From assembly GCA_963726745.1 (NCBI GenBank), contig CAVSDR010000006.1, positions 320,001 through 384,000 of the forward strand: 64,000 nucleotides of DNA, in the 5' to 3' direction. Below are positions 9,878 through 20,402 of the stretch, one piece after another. The position numbers and the translations under genes were made by a program. The notes beneath the pieces are model-generated. The model had not been told where the DNA came from. It did not search any database and saw only the letters and a program-made list of their open reading frames with translations. Within the stretch, counting starts at the first letter, position 1. Every line of letters starts with the position of its first letter. The stretch comes from an uncultured Verrucomicrobiae bacterium (GTDB lineage Bacteria; Verrucomicrobiota; Verrucomicrobiia; Chthoniobacterales; UBA10450).

Positions 9878-11590
9878 ATGAGGTCGCGCCGCCTCTTCCG
9901 TCTCCTCCCGTTGCTCTGCGCGGCGCTCGCGGTTGCGCTCGGGCTCATGACCTTTGTCGGCTGGATCTCGGGGCTCTCTCTCCTGGCGAGCGTCCGCGCG
10001 AAATATATCCCGATGGCGCCGAGCACCGCGCTCTGCTTTTCGCTCATCGGTCTGGGGCTCATCGTCCAGCGGCGCGGCCTCGGCTGGCGTTGGCTGGCGC
10101 GTTTCTTCGCTGCGCTCGTCCTGCTCCTGGCGGCCGCGAAACTTGCGGAATTTTTCGGCGGCTACCGCTTCGGCATCGATGCCTGGTTCGTGCGCAATCC
10201 GGAGTTCTTCGGCGCCGTCCCCACCGGCCGGATGGCGCCGCTGACCGCGCTCACCTTCGTCTTCAGCGCTGCCGGCCTGCTGTGCCTAACGAGTAAAGCC
10301 GACGCAGCCGCCGGTCCCCTGGGCGCACTCGTCACCGTCATCAGCGCGATCATCCTCGTGGGCTATTTCTACGGCACGCCCTTGCTCTACGGCGGCACGG
10401 TTATCCCCGTGGCTCTCTCCACCGCCTGCGCATTCTTTCTTTGCGGCGTTGCGACGACCACGGCGGCCGGGCGCGAGGCCTGGCCGTTGCGCGCCTTCCT
10501 GGGCGATTCGACGCGCGCAATCCTCCTGCGGGCCTTTGTGCCTGTCATTGTCCTGGCCGTTCTCCTCCATGGCTGGATCAACGCCGCCGTCTGGCAGCGG
10601 CTCCACGCCAATCCGGCCCTGAGCGCGGCGATCGGCGCGCTCGTTTTTGCCAGCCTGATCACCTGGATCGTCTCGCAAGTTTCCGCGGTCGTCGGCGGAC
10701 GGATCGATCGGGCGGAAGCGGCGCTGGTGGCGCTTAATGCCGAGCTGGAAACGCGCGTGCAGAAACGGACCGCGGAATTGCGCGAGAAGCACCGGCAGAC
10801 GGAGGAAGAGCTCTTGATGGCGCGCGAGCTCCAGATCGCCCTCCTGCCGCAGAAATTTCCCGCTGTTCCAGCGCATGCCAGTCTTCAGGAGAGCGCCTTA
10901 CGTTTCGTTAGTCTCTATTTCCCCACCGGTGACGTCAGCGGCGATTTCTTCAGCGTTTTCCCCGTGGGCGAGCAAGCCGTCGGCGTGCTCATCTGCGACG
11001 TCATGGGCCACGGGGTGCGCTCGGCTTTGATCACGAGCATGATTCGCGGCCTCGTCGAAGAGCACGCGCAAGCCGCGGCCGATCCGGGCGAACTCCTCAC
11101 GCGGGTCAATCACGCGCTCGCGGTCATCTTGAAACAGGCGGAAACGACCATGTTTGCGACCTGCTTTTACGTGGTGGCCGATGTCGCGCGCGCCGAACTG
11201 CGTTTCGCCAATGCCGGGCACCCGAGCGCACTGCACATCCGCCGGGAGGCCGCCTGCACCGAACCGCTCCGCGGTGAAGGTGGCGCCGGGCTGGCCCTCG
11301 GGCTCCTGCCCTTCGCGACCTACCAAACCCACTCTCGACCGATGGCTGCGGGCGACCTGGTGATGCTCTTTACCGACGGCCTCTTCGAAGTGGAAGACAC
11401 CGTCGGCAACTTTTTTAGCCAGCAACTTCTCCAGCAAACGGTCGAGCGGCACGCAGCTCTTCCGCCGGAGGAATTCTTTGCCAGCGTCCTCAGCGAAATT
11501 CGCGCCTTCGCCCGCCGCGACACCTTCGACGACGACGTTTGCGTCGTTGGCCTGCAAGTGCAGCATCTCACCGGATCCGCCCGCCCGTGA
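9878..11590 (+). CDS. Membrane-bound PP2C/SpoIIE (RsbU-like) serine phosphatase
   Basis: Multi-TM N-terminus, coiled coil, then VSGDFF, CDVMGHGV, FTDGLFE and DDVCVV motifs. Confidence 0.88.
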   Translation: MRSRRLFRLLPLLCAALAVALGLMTFVGWISGLSLLASVRAKYIPMAPSTALCFSLIGLGLIVQRRGLGWRWLARFFAALVLLLAAAKLAEFFGGYRFGIDAWFVRNPEFFGAVPTGRMAPLTALTFVFSAAGLLCLTSKADAAAGPLGALVTVISAIILVGYFYGTPLLYGGTVIPVALSTACAFFLCGVATTTAAGREAWPLRAFLGDSTRAILLRAFVPVIVLAVLLHGWINAAVWQRLHANPALSAAIGALVFASLITWIVSQVSAVVGGRIDRAEAALVALNAELETRVQKRTAELREKHRQTEEELLMARELQIALLPQKFPAVPAHASLQESALRFVSLYFPTGDVSGDFFSVFPVGEQAVGVLICDVMGHGVRSALITSMIRGLVEEHAQAAADPGELLTRVNHALAVILKQAETTMFATCFYVVADVARAELRFANAGHPSALHIRREAACTEPLRGEGGAGLALGLLPFATYQTHSRPMAAGDLVMLFTDGLFEVEDTVGNFFSQQLLQQTVERHAALPPEEFFASVLSEIRAFARRDTFDDDVCVVGLQVQHLTGSARP

Positions 11591-11642
11591 ATTAGAAGTT
11601 GGACGTGGTGCGCTGGACGTTGAACCTTCCGCTCCTTCCCAC

Positions 11643-12602
11643 ATGCGCATTCTCTCCGGCATCCAACCCAGCGGCGTCCTGCACATCGGAAATTATTTCG
11701 GGATGATGCGGCCGGCGATCGCGCTGCAGGATGAAGGCGAGGCTTTCTACTTTGTGGCCGATTACCATGCGCTCACCAGCTTGCGCGACCCGAAGGTGCT
11801 GCGGGAAAACAGCCGACGCGTCGCGCTCGATTTTTTAGCCTGCGGGCTGAACGCCGAACGCGCGGCGCTGTTCCTGCAAAGCGACGTCCCGCAAGTCACC
11901 GAACTCGCCTGGATTTTGTCGACCGTTACCCCGATGTCGCGGCTCGAGCTGGCCCATTCCTACAAGGACAAGATCGCCCGCGGGATCGCGGCCAACGCAG
12001 GCCTCTTCACCTACCCGGTGCTGATGGCGGCCGACATTCTCATCTACGACAGCGACGTCGTGCCGGTGGGCAAGGACCAGAAGCAGCACGTCGAAATCAC
12101 CCGCGACATTGCCACACGGATGAACGAAGCCTTCGGCGAAATCTTTAAGTTGCCCGAGCCGCGCATCCAGACGACCACCGAAACCGTCCCCGGCCTCGAT
12201 GGCCAAAAGATGAGCAAGAGCTACGGGAACACGATCGACATTTTCGGCGAGGAAAAGGAAACGCGGAAAAGGATCATGAGCATCGTGACCGATTCGACCC
12301 CGGTCGAGGCGCCAAAGAATCCGGACGAGTCGTCCATCGTGCAGTTATTCTCCCTTTTCGCGACCCCGGAGGAGACCGCGGAGCTGCGCGCGCAATTCCA
12401 AAAAGGCGGGACCGGCTACGGCGATTTCAAGAAGCAGCTCTTCGCGAAGCTGTGGGAATTCTTCGCCCCCATGCGCGCGCGCCGCGCGGAGATTCTCGCG
12501 CAGCCGGATTACGTCGAGGACGTGCTCGCGCAGGGCGCGAAACGGGCTAACGAGGCCGCGAACCTGGTGATGGCGCGGGTCCGCCAGGCCGTCGGCTTGT
12601 AG
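11643..12602 (+). CDS. trpS: Tryptophan--tRNA ligase
   Basis: MRILSGIQPSG, HIGN, KMSKS and GKDQKQH motifs; start set at ATG 11643. Confidence 0.95.
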   Translation: MRILSGIQPSGVLHIGNYFGMMRPAIALQDEGEAFYFVADYHALTSLRDPKVLRENSRRVALDFLACGLNAERAALFLQSDVPQVTELAWILSTVTPMSRLELAHSYKDKIARGIAANAGLFTYPVLMAADILIYDSDVVPVGKDQKQHVEITRDIATRMNEAFGEIFKLPEPRIQTTTETVPGLDGQKMSKSYGNTIDIFGEEKETRKRIMSIVTDSTPVEAPKNPDESSIVQLFSLFATPEETAELRAQFQKGGTGYGDFKKQLFAKLWEFFAPMRARRAEILAQPDYVEDVLAQGAKRANEAANLVMARVRQAVGL

Positions 12603-12605
12603 TCG

Positions 12606-15076
12606 TTAGGCCGAGCCGCCGAGATACGAGGCCAGACGCAACAAATCGGCGAAAACCCCGCCCGCAGTCACTTCCGGCCCAGCGCCCGGACCTTGCACGA
12701 TCAGCGCCTGGGCTTGGTAACGCCGGGTGGTGAAGGCCACGATGTTGTCGCTTCCGCTGGTGCCGGCGAAGGCGTGCGTCGCGGGGTAACGCTGCAGGCC
12801 GACGGAGCATTTCCCGCCCGCATCGACCACGCCGACGTAGCGCAGAACTTCGCCCGCAGCGCGGGCCGTCTCAAAACGCGCCCGCATCTCGTCGTCAAAT
12901 TCCGCGAGGCGCGCGAGAAATTCGTCGACCGATCCCGCGCGCAACGACGCTGGCACCAGGCTCTCGATCGCGACCTCTTCCAGCTCCACTGCCAGCCCCA
13001 TCTCACGCGCCAGAATCACCAGCTTCCGGCCCACATCCGTCCCGGAAAGATCGTCCCGCGGGTCGGGCTCCGTGTATCCGCGGGCGCGCGCGTCGCGCGA
13101 CGATTTCGGAGAACGGCACGCTCCCGTCGAAGGTGTTGAAGATGTAGGAGAGCGTGCCCGAGAGCACGCCCTCGATTTGCTGCACGCGGTCGCCGGTTTG
13201 CACCAAATCACGCAGCGTATTCAGGATCGGCAGGCCCGCGCCGACGGTGGTTTCGTAGAGATAATGCCGGTTCGTCCCGCGCGCGGTCGCCTGCAGTTCG
13301 CGGTAGAATTCCATCGGCCCGCTGTTGGCTTTTTTATTCGGCGTGATCAGGTGAATCCCGCGCCGCAGCCACTCCGGATACTGCGCGATCAACTCCGCGC
13401 TCGAGGTGCAATCGACCAGCACGGCATGCGGCAAGTGATCGGCCTGCACGTGCTCCACGAACGCCGCGAGGTCGGCCGCCGGCGCCATCTCGCTGGCTAA
13501 ATTTTCCCGCCAGCCCTCGAGCGTACGGCCTTCGCCGAGCGTCATCTGGCGCGAGTTTAAAATCCCGCGCACCCGGAGATCGATCCGGAACTCCTCCTTC
13601 AACCGCGCGGCTTGCGCCCGCAGTTGCTCGAGCAATGTCCCGCCGATCAAACCCGGCCCGATGACGCCGATCGAGATCGTCTGGTTCGAGAGATAGAAGG
13701 CCGCATGGACCGCGCGCAGCGCCCGGCGCGAATCCACCCCATCGATCACCGCGGAGATGTTCCGCTCCGAGGAGCCCTGCGCGATCGCGCGAATGTTCAC
13801 CCGCGCTTTCCCAAGCGCGGTGAAAAAGCGCCCGGCCACGCCCGGATGATCGACCATGTTGTCGCCTACCGCGGCCAGGATGCTGCATTGCCCGAGCACC
13901 TCGATGCGCTCGATCTGCCGGTGATGCAGCTCGGCAAAGAAAGCGCGCTCGAGCGTTTGCCTAACGAGTGCCGTCTGCGCCTCCGGGATGGCGAAGCAGA
14001 TCGAATGCTCGGAACTAGCCTGCGAGATCATGACCACCGAGACCCCCACCTCGCGCAGCGCGCCGAAGAGGCGATGGGCCACGCCGGGCACGCCAATCAT
14101 CCCGGTGCCCTCGACGTTGATCAACGCCATCCCATCGACCGTGGCGAAGCCCTTGATCGGCGTGCGCGAGGAAGCTCGCGCGTGGATCTTCTGTGCCCGC
14201 AGCCGCGGGGTTGAAGGTATTCCGGATCCAGATCGGAATCTGCGCCTCGATCGCCGGCGCCATCGTACTCGGGTGCACCACCTTGGCGCCAAAGTAAGCC
14301 AGCTCGGTCGCCTCCTGATAAGACACCTCGTCGAGCACGACCGCATCCGGCACCAGCCGCGGGTCCGCGCTAAGGACGCCGTCTACATCCGTCCAGATCA
14401 CGATCGCGCGCGCGCCGAGAAGCCGCCCGAAAATCGAGGCGGAAAAATCGCTCCCGTTGCGCTTCAAGGTCGTTGGGATGCCGTCCGGCGTGGAAGCGAC
14501 AAAGCCGGTGATGACGACGCGCTCGGTGCGCAAGGTTTCGCGCCAGCGATCGACCTGCTCCTGCGAGCGCGCCCAATCCACCGCCACGGTCGACTCGCCG
14601 GGCTCGACCGTAAGCACGCTGCGCGCATCCAGAAAAACAGCCGGCAAGTTCTCCGCCTCCAGGTGCGCCGCGAGCAATTGCGCCGACCAGAGTTCGCCGT
14701 GGCCGGAGATCAATTCCACCATCCGTTCCGAGCAGGAGCGGCTAAGAAAAACGCCGCGCAAGAGCTCGCGCAGGTCGTTCGCGTCCGCGCGCAAACGCGC
14801 GCGCAAACTCTCCCGCGCGGGTTCCGGGAGCAACGCTTCCACCGTTTCCAAATGCCGCGCGAGGAGCGCCTCCAGGCGCGCGAGGTAGACCTCGTCGCGC
14901 CGGGTGGCCAGCTCGGTCAATTCCACCAGGGCATCGGTCACTTTGGCCATGGCCGAGACCACGATCGCCTGCCGCGGCCCGGCGTTGTCGCGCAGGATGG
15001 CGGCGACCCGGCGGAAATGCTCCGCCGACGCGAGACTGCTCCCGCCAAATTTGTGAACCACCCAGGCTTGCTCCAT
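12606..15076 (-). CDS. thrA: Bifunctional aspartokinase/homoserine dehydrogenase I; apparent frameshifts near 14195 and 13095
   Basis: HKFGGSS kinase start, ACT domains (QASSEHSI, QGSSERNI), GPGLIG, ETTVGAGLP, TEPDPRDDLSG and GPGAGPEVTAGGVFAD, spread over three consecutive frames. Confidence 0.9.
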
Positions 15077-15133
15077 TGGGCGAGAAGCGTAGCGCACTTC
15101 GGCGACTTTCCGATAGTCGTTAGGCTGGAAACG

Positions 15134-15958
15134 CTAAACGAAGTCGCGCGGCGCGAAATCCGGCCGGCGCGCGAGGTTCACGTAGAGCCCGTCGCACATC
15201 GAGGCGCGGCCGTTCAGCCGCAGCGGCCGCGACGCGTCCACGAGCACGAAGGGATGCTCGCGCGTGAGGATTTCGTGGATTTCCCCGAGCCACGAGCCGC
15301 CTTCGTATTGCGGCATGAAGTTGAGCTCGATCAGGAGAAAATCCGTCCGCGCGAGCGTCGCGCGCGCGCCGGCGAGCGCCGCTCTCTCGTAGCCTTGCAC
15401 GTCGATCTTAAGGAGGGAAATAGCCGGCCACTTCTCCAGGAGCAGATCGAGCGTAGTCAGCGGCACTTCCACCTCGCCGGTCACGGTCCAGTTGCTCCCG
15501 ATGAGCTCGCACATCTCCCTGCGCGGGGTCAAAACGGAGGCGCCAGTGGTGTCGCGCGTGACCTGCAGACGCGCCACGCCTGCGCGGTCGCCGATTGCCG
15601 TCTGGCGCAACTCCACGCCCGCGCGGCCGCCCAGGGTCCGCTGCAATTCCGCGAAGGCCGCGGGCTCCGGCTCGATCACCAGGAGGCGCTCCGGCGTGAT
15701 CAGGTCGAGCAGCATGCCGGACCATTGGCCGACGTTTGCGCCCACATCGACCACATTCGTTAGGCTACGCCAACTGCCGGGCGGCAGGAGATCAAGGCCG
15801 GAGGCCGCGGCCTCGTGCCGCAGCCAGGCACTGCGCCACCAATCGCGCAGCGGCATCGCGCGCCCGAACTGGCGCAGCGCGCGCACATGGCGTGCGGTCT
15901 CGACCACGCCGTGCGGCAGGAAATACTGGAGCGCGCGACGACCGGCGCGCGCACTCAC
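15134..15958 (-). CDS. FkbM-family methyltransferase
   Basis: VDVGANVG and LLKIDVQGYE motifs. Confidence 0.85.
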   Translation of the reverse strand: MSARAGRRALQYFLPHGVVETARHVRALRQFGRAMPLRDWWRSAWLRHEAAASGLDLLPPGSWRSLTNVVDVGANVGQWSGMLLDLITPERLLVIEPEPAAFAELQRTLGGRAGVELRQTAIGDRAGVARLQVTRDTTGASVLTPRREMCELIGSNWTVTGEVEVPLTTLDLLLEKWPAISLLKIDVQGYERAALAGARATLARTDFLLIELNFMPQYEGGSWLGEIHEILTREHPFVLVDASRPLRLNGRASMCDGLYVNLARRPDFAPRDFV

Positions 15959-16980
15959 GTCGCGCTGCGCCCTTCGCGGCCGTTTTTGAGCTCGGCGAAA
16001 ACCAGCCGCCCGCTATTTGTTTGCAGCGCGCTCGAGATGACGATGCGCTGGACGGAGCCGAGATGGGTGCGCGCGTGATTGACCACGATCATGGTGCCAT
16101 CGGGCAAATAGCCGACCGCTTGGTGCGCATCGCGGCCTTCTTTTACCAGGCTCAAATCCAGCTCGTCGCCTGTGGCCAGCGGCGGACGCAAGGCGCGCGC
16201 GAGATCGGTCAAATTCAGCGCCGGGACTTGCTGCAAGCGCGCCACCTGGCAGAGCGCGGTGTCGTTCGTGAGCAGGCGCGCGCCGAGCACCTTCGCCGTC
16301 CGGACGAGCCGGGCATCGGCCGTCGTTTCGCCGTCATCTTCCACGGTTTCGTGAATCGTCAGCTCGATCTCGCGTGCGCGCTGGAGCTGATTGAGAATCT
16401 CGAGGCCGCGGCGGCCGCGTTCGCGTTTCAAGGAATCCCGCGAGTCCGCCAGCGTCTGTAATTCCGCGAGGACAAAACGTGGCACGATCAACGAGCGGCT
16501 GAGGAAGCCGGTCGCGCAGAGGTCGGCGATCCGGCCATCGATGATCACGCTGGTGTCGACCACGATCGGCTCGTGCTGCGTGGTCTCGCGGGTGAAGCGG
16601 ACATACGGAATGATGAGCGAGAACTCATCGCGATTACTCCGCATCGCCAGCATCGTGCCGAGGTAACCGAAGGTGCAATAGACGACGAGATGCGCGGCCC
16701 ATTGCACCGGTTGCGGCTGATAGTGGAGGATGGCCGAAGCCACCAGGAGGCGCGCAAAAAGGAGCCCAAGGAGCAGGCCGAAAGTGGCCGAGGAAAAGGC
16801 ACGCAGCGAGACGCCCTTCAACAGCCGATCGATCAAAACCACGACCAGGCCGAAGGTGAGGCCGAGAAGCACGCCAGGAAGCGGGCTACCGAGAAACTCC
16901 GTGCCCACCAAACCGCCCACGGTCGCGCAGAAAGTGACAAAGAGCGCGCGCAGAAGGTTGACGGTAAACAGCGGGGTCAT
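15955..16980 (-). CDS. Membrane PIN/TRAM-domain protein (YacL-like)
   Basis: Four TM helices, VDTSVIIDGRI PIN motif, RGRRGLEIL, GYLPDGTMIVV TRAM segment. Confidence 0.9.
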   Translation of the reverse strand: MTPLFTVNLLRALFVTFCATVGGLVGTEFLGSPLPGVLLGLTFGLVVVLIDRLLKGVSLRAFSSATFGLLLGLLFARLLVASAILHYQPQPVQWAAHLVVYCTFGYLGTMLAMRSNRDEFSLIIPYVRFTRETTQHEPIVVDTSVIIDGRIADLCATGFLSRSLIVPRFVLAELQTLADSRDSLKRERGRRGLEILNQLQRAREIELTIHETVEDDGETTADARLVRTAKVLGARLLTNDTALCQVARLQQVPALNLTDLARALRPPLATGDELDLSLVKEGRDAHQAVGYLPDGTMIVVNHARTHLGSVQRIVISSALQTNSGRLVFAELKNGREGRSAT

Positions 16981-17897
16981 CGGCGAGAGCGTGGGCGGGG
17001 CGTGGGTGAAGGTTCCTGGGCGGCGCGTTGTTGCTCCAGTTTGCGCGCGCTATCCCGGTAGAAGAGCACGCCGTGCGCCCGGAGATTGGCGACCAAGGCC
17101 TGAAGATCTTTTGCGACCTGCTCGTTGCCCAGGAGCATGGCCAGCGGGCCATCGCCCTTTTGCGCCGTGCGGACGAGTTGCGTGGCCGCTTCAAAGGTCT
17201 TGCTCGCTTCCGCCAGCGTCTTGCGCACGTCGTCCGCCGCGCCCTTGGCGGAGTCCATCGTGGCGCCTGCTTTCTCGATCACGCTGTCTATTTTCTTCGA
17301 AGACTCGGCGAGGTTGCCGGTGGTTTGGTTGAAGCGATCGATGCTCGACTTGAGCGCATCCATGTTTGCCTGCGACAGGGCCTGCTCATTCAGGCGCGTG
17401 ACCGTGTTGTTGATGTTTTGCACGGTCCCGCGGAGATCTTTTACGAGCGCGCCGCCTTCGCGGGTGAGATCGTCCATCCCAGTCTCGCGAATGCCGACGA
17501 CAAGGGTGTCTTTCTCGAGGAAGCCGGAGATGGTCTCGTGCGGCGGCGTCCAGATGGAAACAAAACGATCGCCCAGCAAGCCGGAGCTGCCGACGACAAA
17601 TTTGCTCCCCTGCGGGATCTTCACGAAATCGTAAATCCGCAGCGGCACGAGCACGCCCTCGCCGTCGGGATTGAGCCTGGGACCGACGGAGACGCGACCG
17701 ATCTTCGCGCCCGACATCAGGACATCGGAGCCTTTCAGCAGGCCGCTGGCATCGGGAAAATTAACCGTCAGATTGTAGTAGGTCTTGAAGCCCTCGCCGA
17801 CGCGTCCGAACTGGACCACGAGCGCGGCCAGCACCGCGAGCCCGACGAAGACGAAGAGCCCGACTCTGAATTCCAATCCTTTGCCCCGTTCGCTCAT
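16977..17897 (-). CDS. mlaD: MCE/MlaD-family protein
   Basis: EFRVGLFV TM anchor, ASGLLKGSDV and GLLGDRFVSI MCE motifs, helical C-terminus; follows mlaE-mlaF. Confidence 0.85.
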   Translation of the reverse strand: MSERGKGLEFRVGLFVFVGLAVLAALVVQFGRVGEGFKTYYNLTVNFPDASGLLKGSDVLMSGAKIGRVSVGPRLNPDGEGVLVPLRIYDFVKIPQGSKFVVGSSGLLGDRFVSIWTPPHETISGFLEKDTLVVGIRETGMDDLTREGGALVKDLRGTVQNINNTVTRLNEQALSQANMDALKSSIDRFNQTTGNLAESSKKIDSVIEKAGATMDSAKGAADDVRKTLAEASKTFEAATQLVRTAQKGDGPLAMLLGNEQVAKDLQALVANLRAHGVLFYRDSARKLEQQRAAQEPSPTPRPRSRR

Positions 17898-17948
17898 CGC
17901 CCGCAGAACCTAACACGGCTTTCCATGGCGTCAGCGATTTCGCGAGCG

Positions 17949-18704
17949 CTAGAGCTTCTCCGCGCGTCCGAGGAGGAAATCCTGGATGAGCGGTTCGGGC
18001 GATTGCTCGAGCTCCGCGGGCGTGCCGTAGAAATGAATCCGGCCCTCGTGCAGGTAGGCGATGTGATCGGCGATATGAAAGGCGCTCTTCATGTCGTGCG
18101 TCACCACGATGCTGGTGACGTGATAGCGCTCCTGCAGACGGCGAATGAGCTGGTTAATGCTGTCGGAGACGACCGGATCGAGACCGGCGGTTGGTTCGTC
18201 GTAAAGCACGCACGAGGGCCGGCGGATGATGGAACGCGCCAGGCCGACGCGTTTCTTCATCCCGCCGCTTAAATTAACCGGCATCTTCTGCTCCTGCCCC
18301 TCGAGCTCGATCACCTCGAGCATTTCGCGCACGTGCTCGCGGATGACGGCCGGGTCCCGCTCGCCCGCTTCGCGCAGCGGGAAGGCGATGTTTTCCTCCA
18401 CGGTCATGCTGTCGAAGAGCGCGCCGCTTTGAAAAAGAATGCCGACCTTGCGCCGAATGGGTGCGAGCGCGCGTTCGCTCAAGCCGATGATGTTTTGCCC
18501 CTCGATCCAAATCTCGCCCGCGTCCGGCGTCATCAAGCCGACGAGATGCTTCAGGAGCACGCTCTTGCCGCCGCCGCTGCGGCCGATGATCACGAGCGTC
18601 TCGCCCTTGCTGACATCGAGCTCGACGCCGCGCAGGATTTCCTGCGGGCCAATGCTCTTGGTCAGCCCGCGGACGGCGATCATGGAATCGGCCGCAACGG
18701 TCAT
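17949..18704 (-). CDS. mlaF: MlaF-family ABC ATPase
   Basis: GRSGGGKS, FQSGALFDSMTV, LSGGMKKRVGLAR, YDEPTAGLDP. Confidence 0.9.
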   Translation of the reverse strand: MTVAADSMIAVRGLTKSIGPQEILRGVELDVSKGETLVIIGRSGGGKSVLLKHLVGLMTPDAGEIWIEGQNIIGLSERALAPIRRKVGILFQSGALFDSMTVEENIAFPLREAGERDPAVIREHVREMLEVIELEGQEQKMPVNLSGGMKKRVGLARSIIRRPSCVLYDEPTAGLDPVVSDSINQLIRRLQERYHVTSIVVTHDMKSAFHIADHIAYLHEGRIHFYGTPAELEQSPEPLIQDFLLGRAEKL

Positions 18705-19495
18705 TGGTAGCCGGCCGGAAAGAGGACGTTAAGCGCCATCGTGAGGAAGAAATTAAACACCAACACGGCCAGCGACGCGTCCACCACCGCCTCGGTGGTC
18801 GCGCGGCCAACACCGACCGCGCCCTCACGTGTCGTTAGCCCTTTGTGGCAGGCGATAATGACGATCAAGATGGCGAAGGCGAAGGCCTTCGAGAGCGACA
18901 TGGTGATGTCGCGCATTTGCGTCCAGCGAACCATGTTCGCGACGTAGTAGGGGCCGTTGACTTCAAGCAACCCAATGGCCACGAAGTAGCCCGCGGCGAT
19001 GCCGACGCCGACGCATTCCGCAACCAGCAGCGGCATCGAAACCATCATCGCAAGGACGCGCGGGACCACCAGGTAATCGATCGGATGCACCGCGAGCGCG
19101 CGGAGGGCGTCGATTTGCTCGGTCACCTTCATCGTCCCGATTTCGGCCGACATCGAGGCGCCTACGCGCCCGGTGACCATGAGTGCGGTTAAGACCGGCC
19201 CGAGTTCGCGAAAGATGGAAACGCTCACGACTGCGCCCACCGCTGAGCCCATCCCGAGCTTGTTGAATTGGAAGAAAGTCTGCGCCGCGAACACCGCCCC
19301 GGTGAAAGCGCCGGTTATGACCACGACCGATTGCGAGCGCAGCCCGATCTCGACGATTTGCGCGAGAAAAAGCCGCCAACGAATCTTCTGCGTGGCGATC
19401 GAGGCGATCGTTTCGCCCGCGAGGACGACGAGTTCGCCGCCGTAGGTAAAGAAGCGGATGACCGCCGCCCCGAGCGCCGTGAGCAACCGCGTCAT
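18701..19495 (-). CDS. mlaE: MlaE-family ABC permease
   Basis: RELGPVLTALMVTGRVG, AEIGTMKVTEQIDAL, GVGRATT. Confidence 0.92.
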   Translation of the reverse strand: MTRLLTALGAAVIRFFTYGGELVVLAGETIASIATQKIRWRLFLAQIVEIGLRSQSVVVITGAFTGAVFAAQTFFQFNKLGMGSAVGAVVSVSIFRELGPVLTALMVTGRVGASMSAEIGTMKVTEQIDALRALAVHPIDYLVVPRVLAMMVSMPLLVAECVGVGIAAGYFVAIGLLEVNGPYYVANMVRWTQMRDITMSLSKAFAFAILIVIIACHKGLTTREGAVGVGRATTEAVVDASLAVLVFNFFLTMALNVLFPAGYQ

Positions 19496-19503
19496 CGCCG
19501 CCG

Positions 19504-19770
19504 CTAGGCCGTGAGCGGCTGGGTCGCGATCTTCGGCCGCAGCTCAGTCGGGATCGCGCCGACAAAGCGCGGGTCGAGCCCGAGCTTGCGAAAGACGCGG
19601 CGAATTTCGCGGAAAGTGATCGCCGGCGGCTCGTCGACCTCGAGGTAAACCAGGTCGTGGTTCCGGTCGACCTTGTAGCGCAGGCCGGCGAGCGTCTCGA
19701 GTTCGTGGTCGAGCTCGAGCACCTTGTTCAGGTCGCGCACTCCGGCGGCGTAGACTTCCAATTCGAGCAT
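19504..19770 (-). CDS. Small hypothetical protein, possible cysteine-less HMA/ferredoxin-like fold
   Basis: Typical codon usage, co-oriented just upstream of mlaE; ATG at 19770 preceded by TAAGGT. Confidence 0.6.
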   Translation of the reverse strand: MLELEVYAAGVRDLNKVLELDHELETLAGLRYKVDRNHDLVYLEVDEPPAITFREIRRVFRKLGLDPRFVGAIPTELRPKIATQPLTA

Positions 19771-19904
19771 CGGCGGCACCTTAAAGGACGGCAGGCTCGA
19801 TGCAAAGCGCTTTACCCGGCGGGAAAATAGCCGGCTACTTCAGCCGCCCGGGTGGAGAAGCGATTGCGCCCGCGAAGCGCATGCGATACATCAGCGCTGT
19901 TCCT

Positions 19905-20402
19905 ATGATGCCACGCGCCCTTCGCTTGTTTCTCTCGTTGCCGCTGCTGGCGGCGGCTCTCTTTCTCAATGGCTGCGCGACCGAGAATCTCGGCATCCAG
20001 CAGGCAAAAATAAACACCGCCACGAGCATCGCGAGTGAGCCGCCGGGGGATTACTGGATCGGCCGGCGCTATTACAAACCGGTCTATAAGTTCTGGGGTT
20101 ACGTCCGCCGGCCCGGCCAGCCCTGGAGCACCGCGCAGATGGTGATGATGAACGAGAAACAAAAGCTCGCGCCGGACCGCGCGCAGAACGCCATCGGGAG
20201 CGATAACAATTACGAATACAAGCTCTACGGCAACTTCAGCGGCGACAAGGTTTACGAGCCCGCGAGCAACGGCATCTACCCGGAGTTTGTGCTCCGAAAT
20301 TACACTCTCGTCTCGACCAATCCGCCGCCTATTTTCCGCAGCCAATACAGCGGCCGCGCGCAGGCGGGCAGCACCATGACGACGATTGAGCGTCCCGAAT
20401 AA
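19905..20402 (+). CDS. Hypothetical lipoprotein
   Basis: Signal peptide with lipobox LNGC; aromatic-rich conserved-looking body. Confidence 0.7.
   Translation: MMPRALRLFLSLPLLAAALFLNGCATENLGIQQAKINTATSIASEPPGDYWIGRRYYKPVYKFWGYVRRPGQPWSTAQMVMMNEKQKLAPDRAQNAIGSDNNYEYKLYGNFSGDKVYEPASNGIYPEFVLRNYTLVSTNPPPIFRSQYSGRAQAGSTMTTIERPE

Noticed and set aside
11591..11642. T-box or attenuator upstream of trpS
   Set aside because: Only 52 nt are available and no T-box or Trp-codon leader is visible.
12606..15076. thrA, clpC, nadE, ispD and nuoG/H as pseudogenes or programmed frameshifts
   Set aside because: Core genes with no other decay and no common slippery site; sequencing indels are the simpler explanation.
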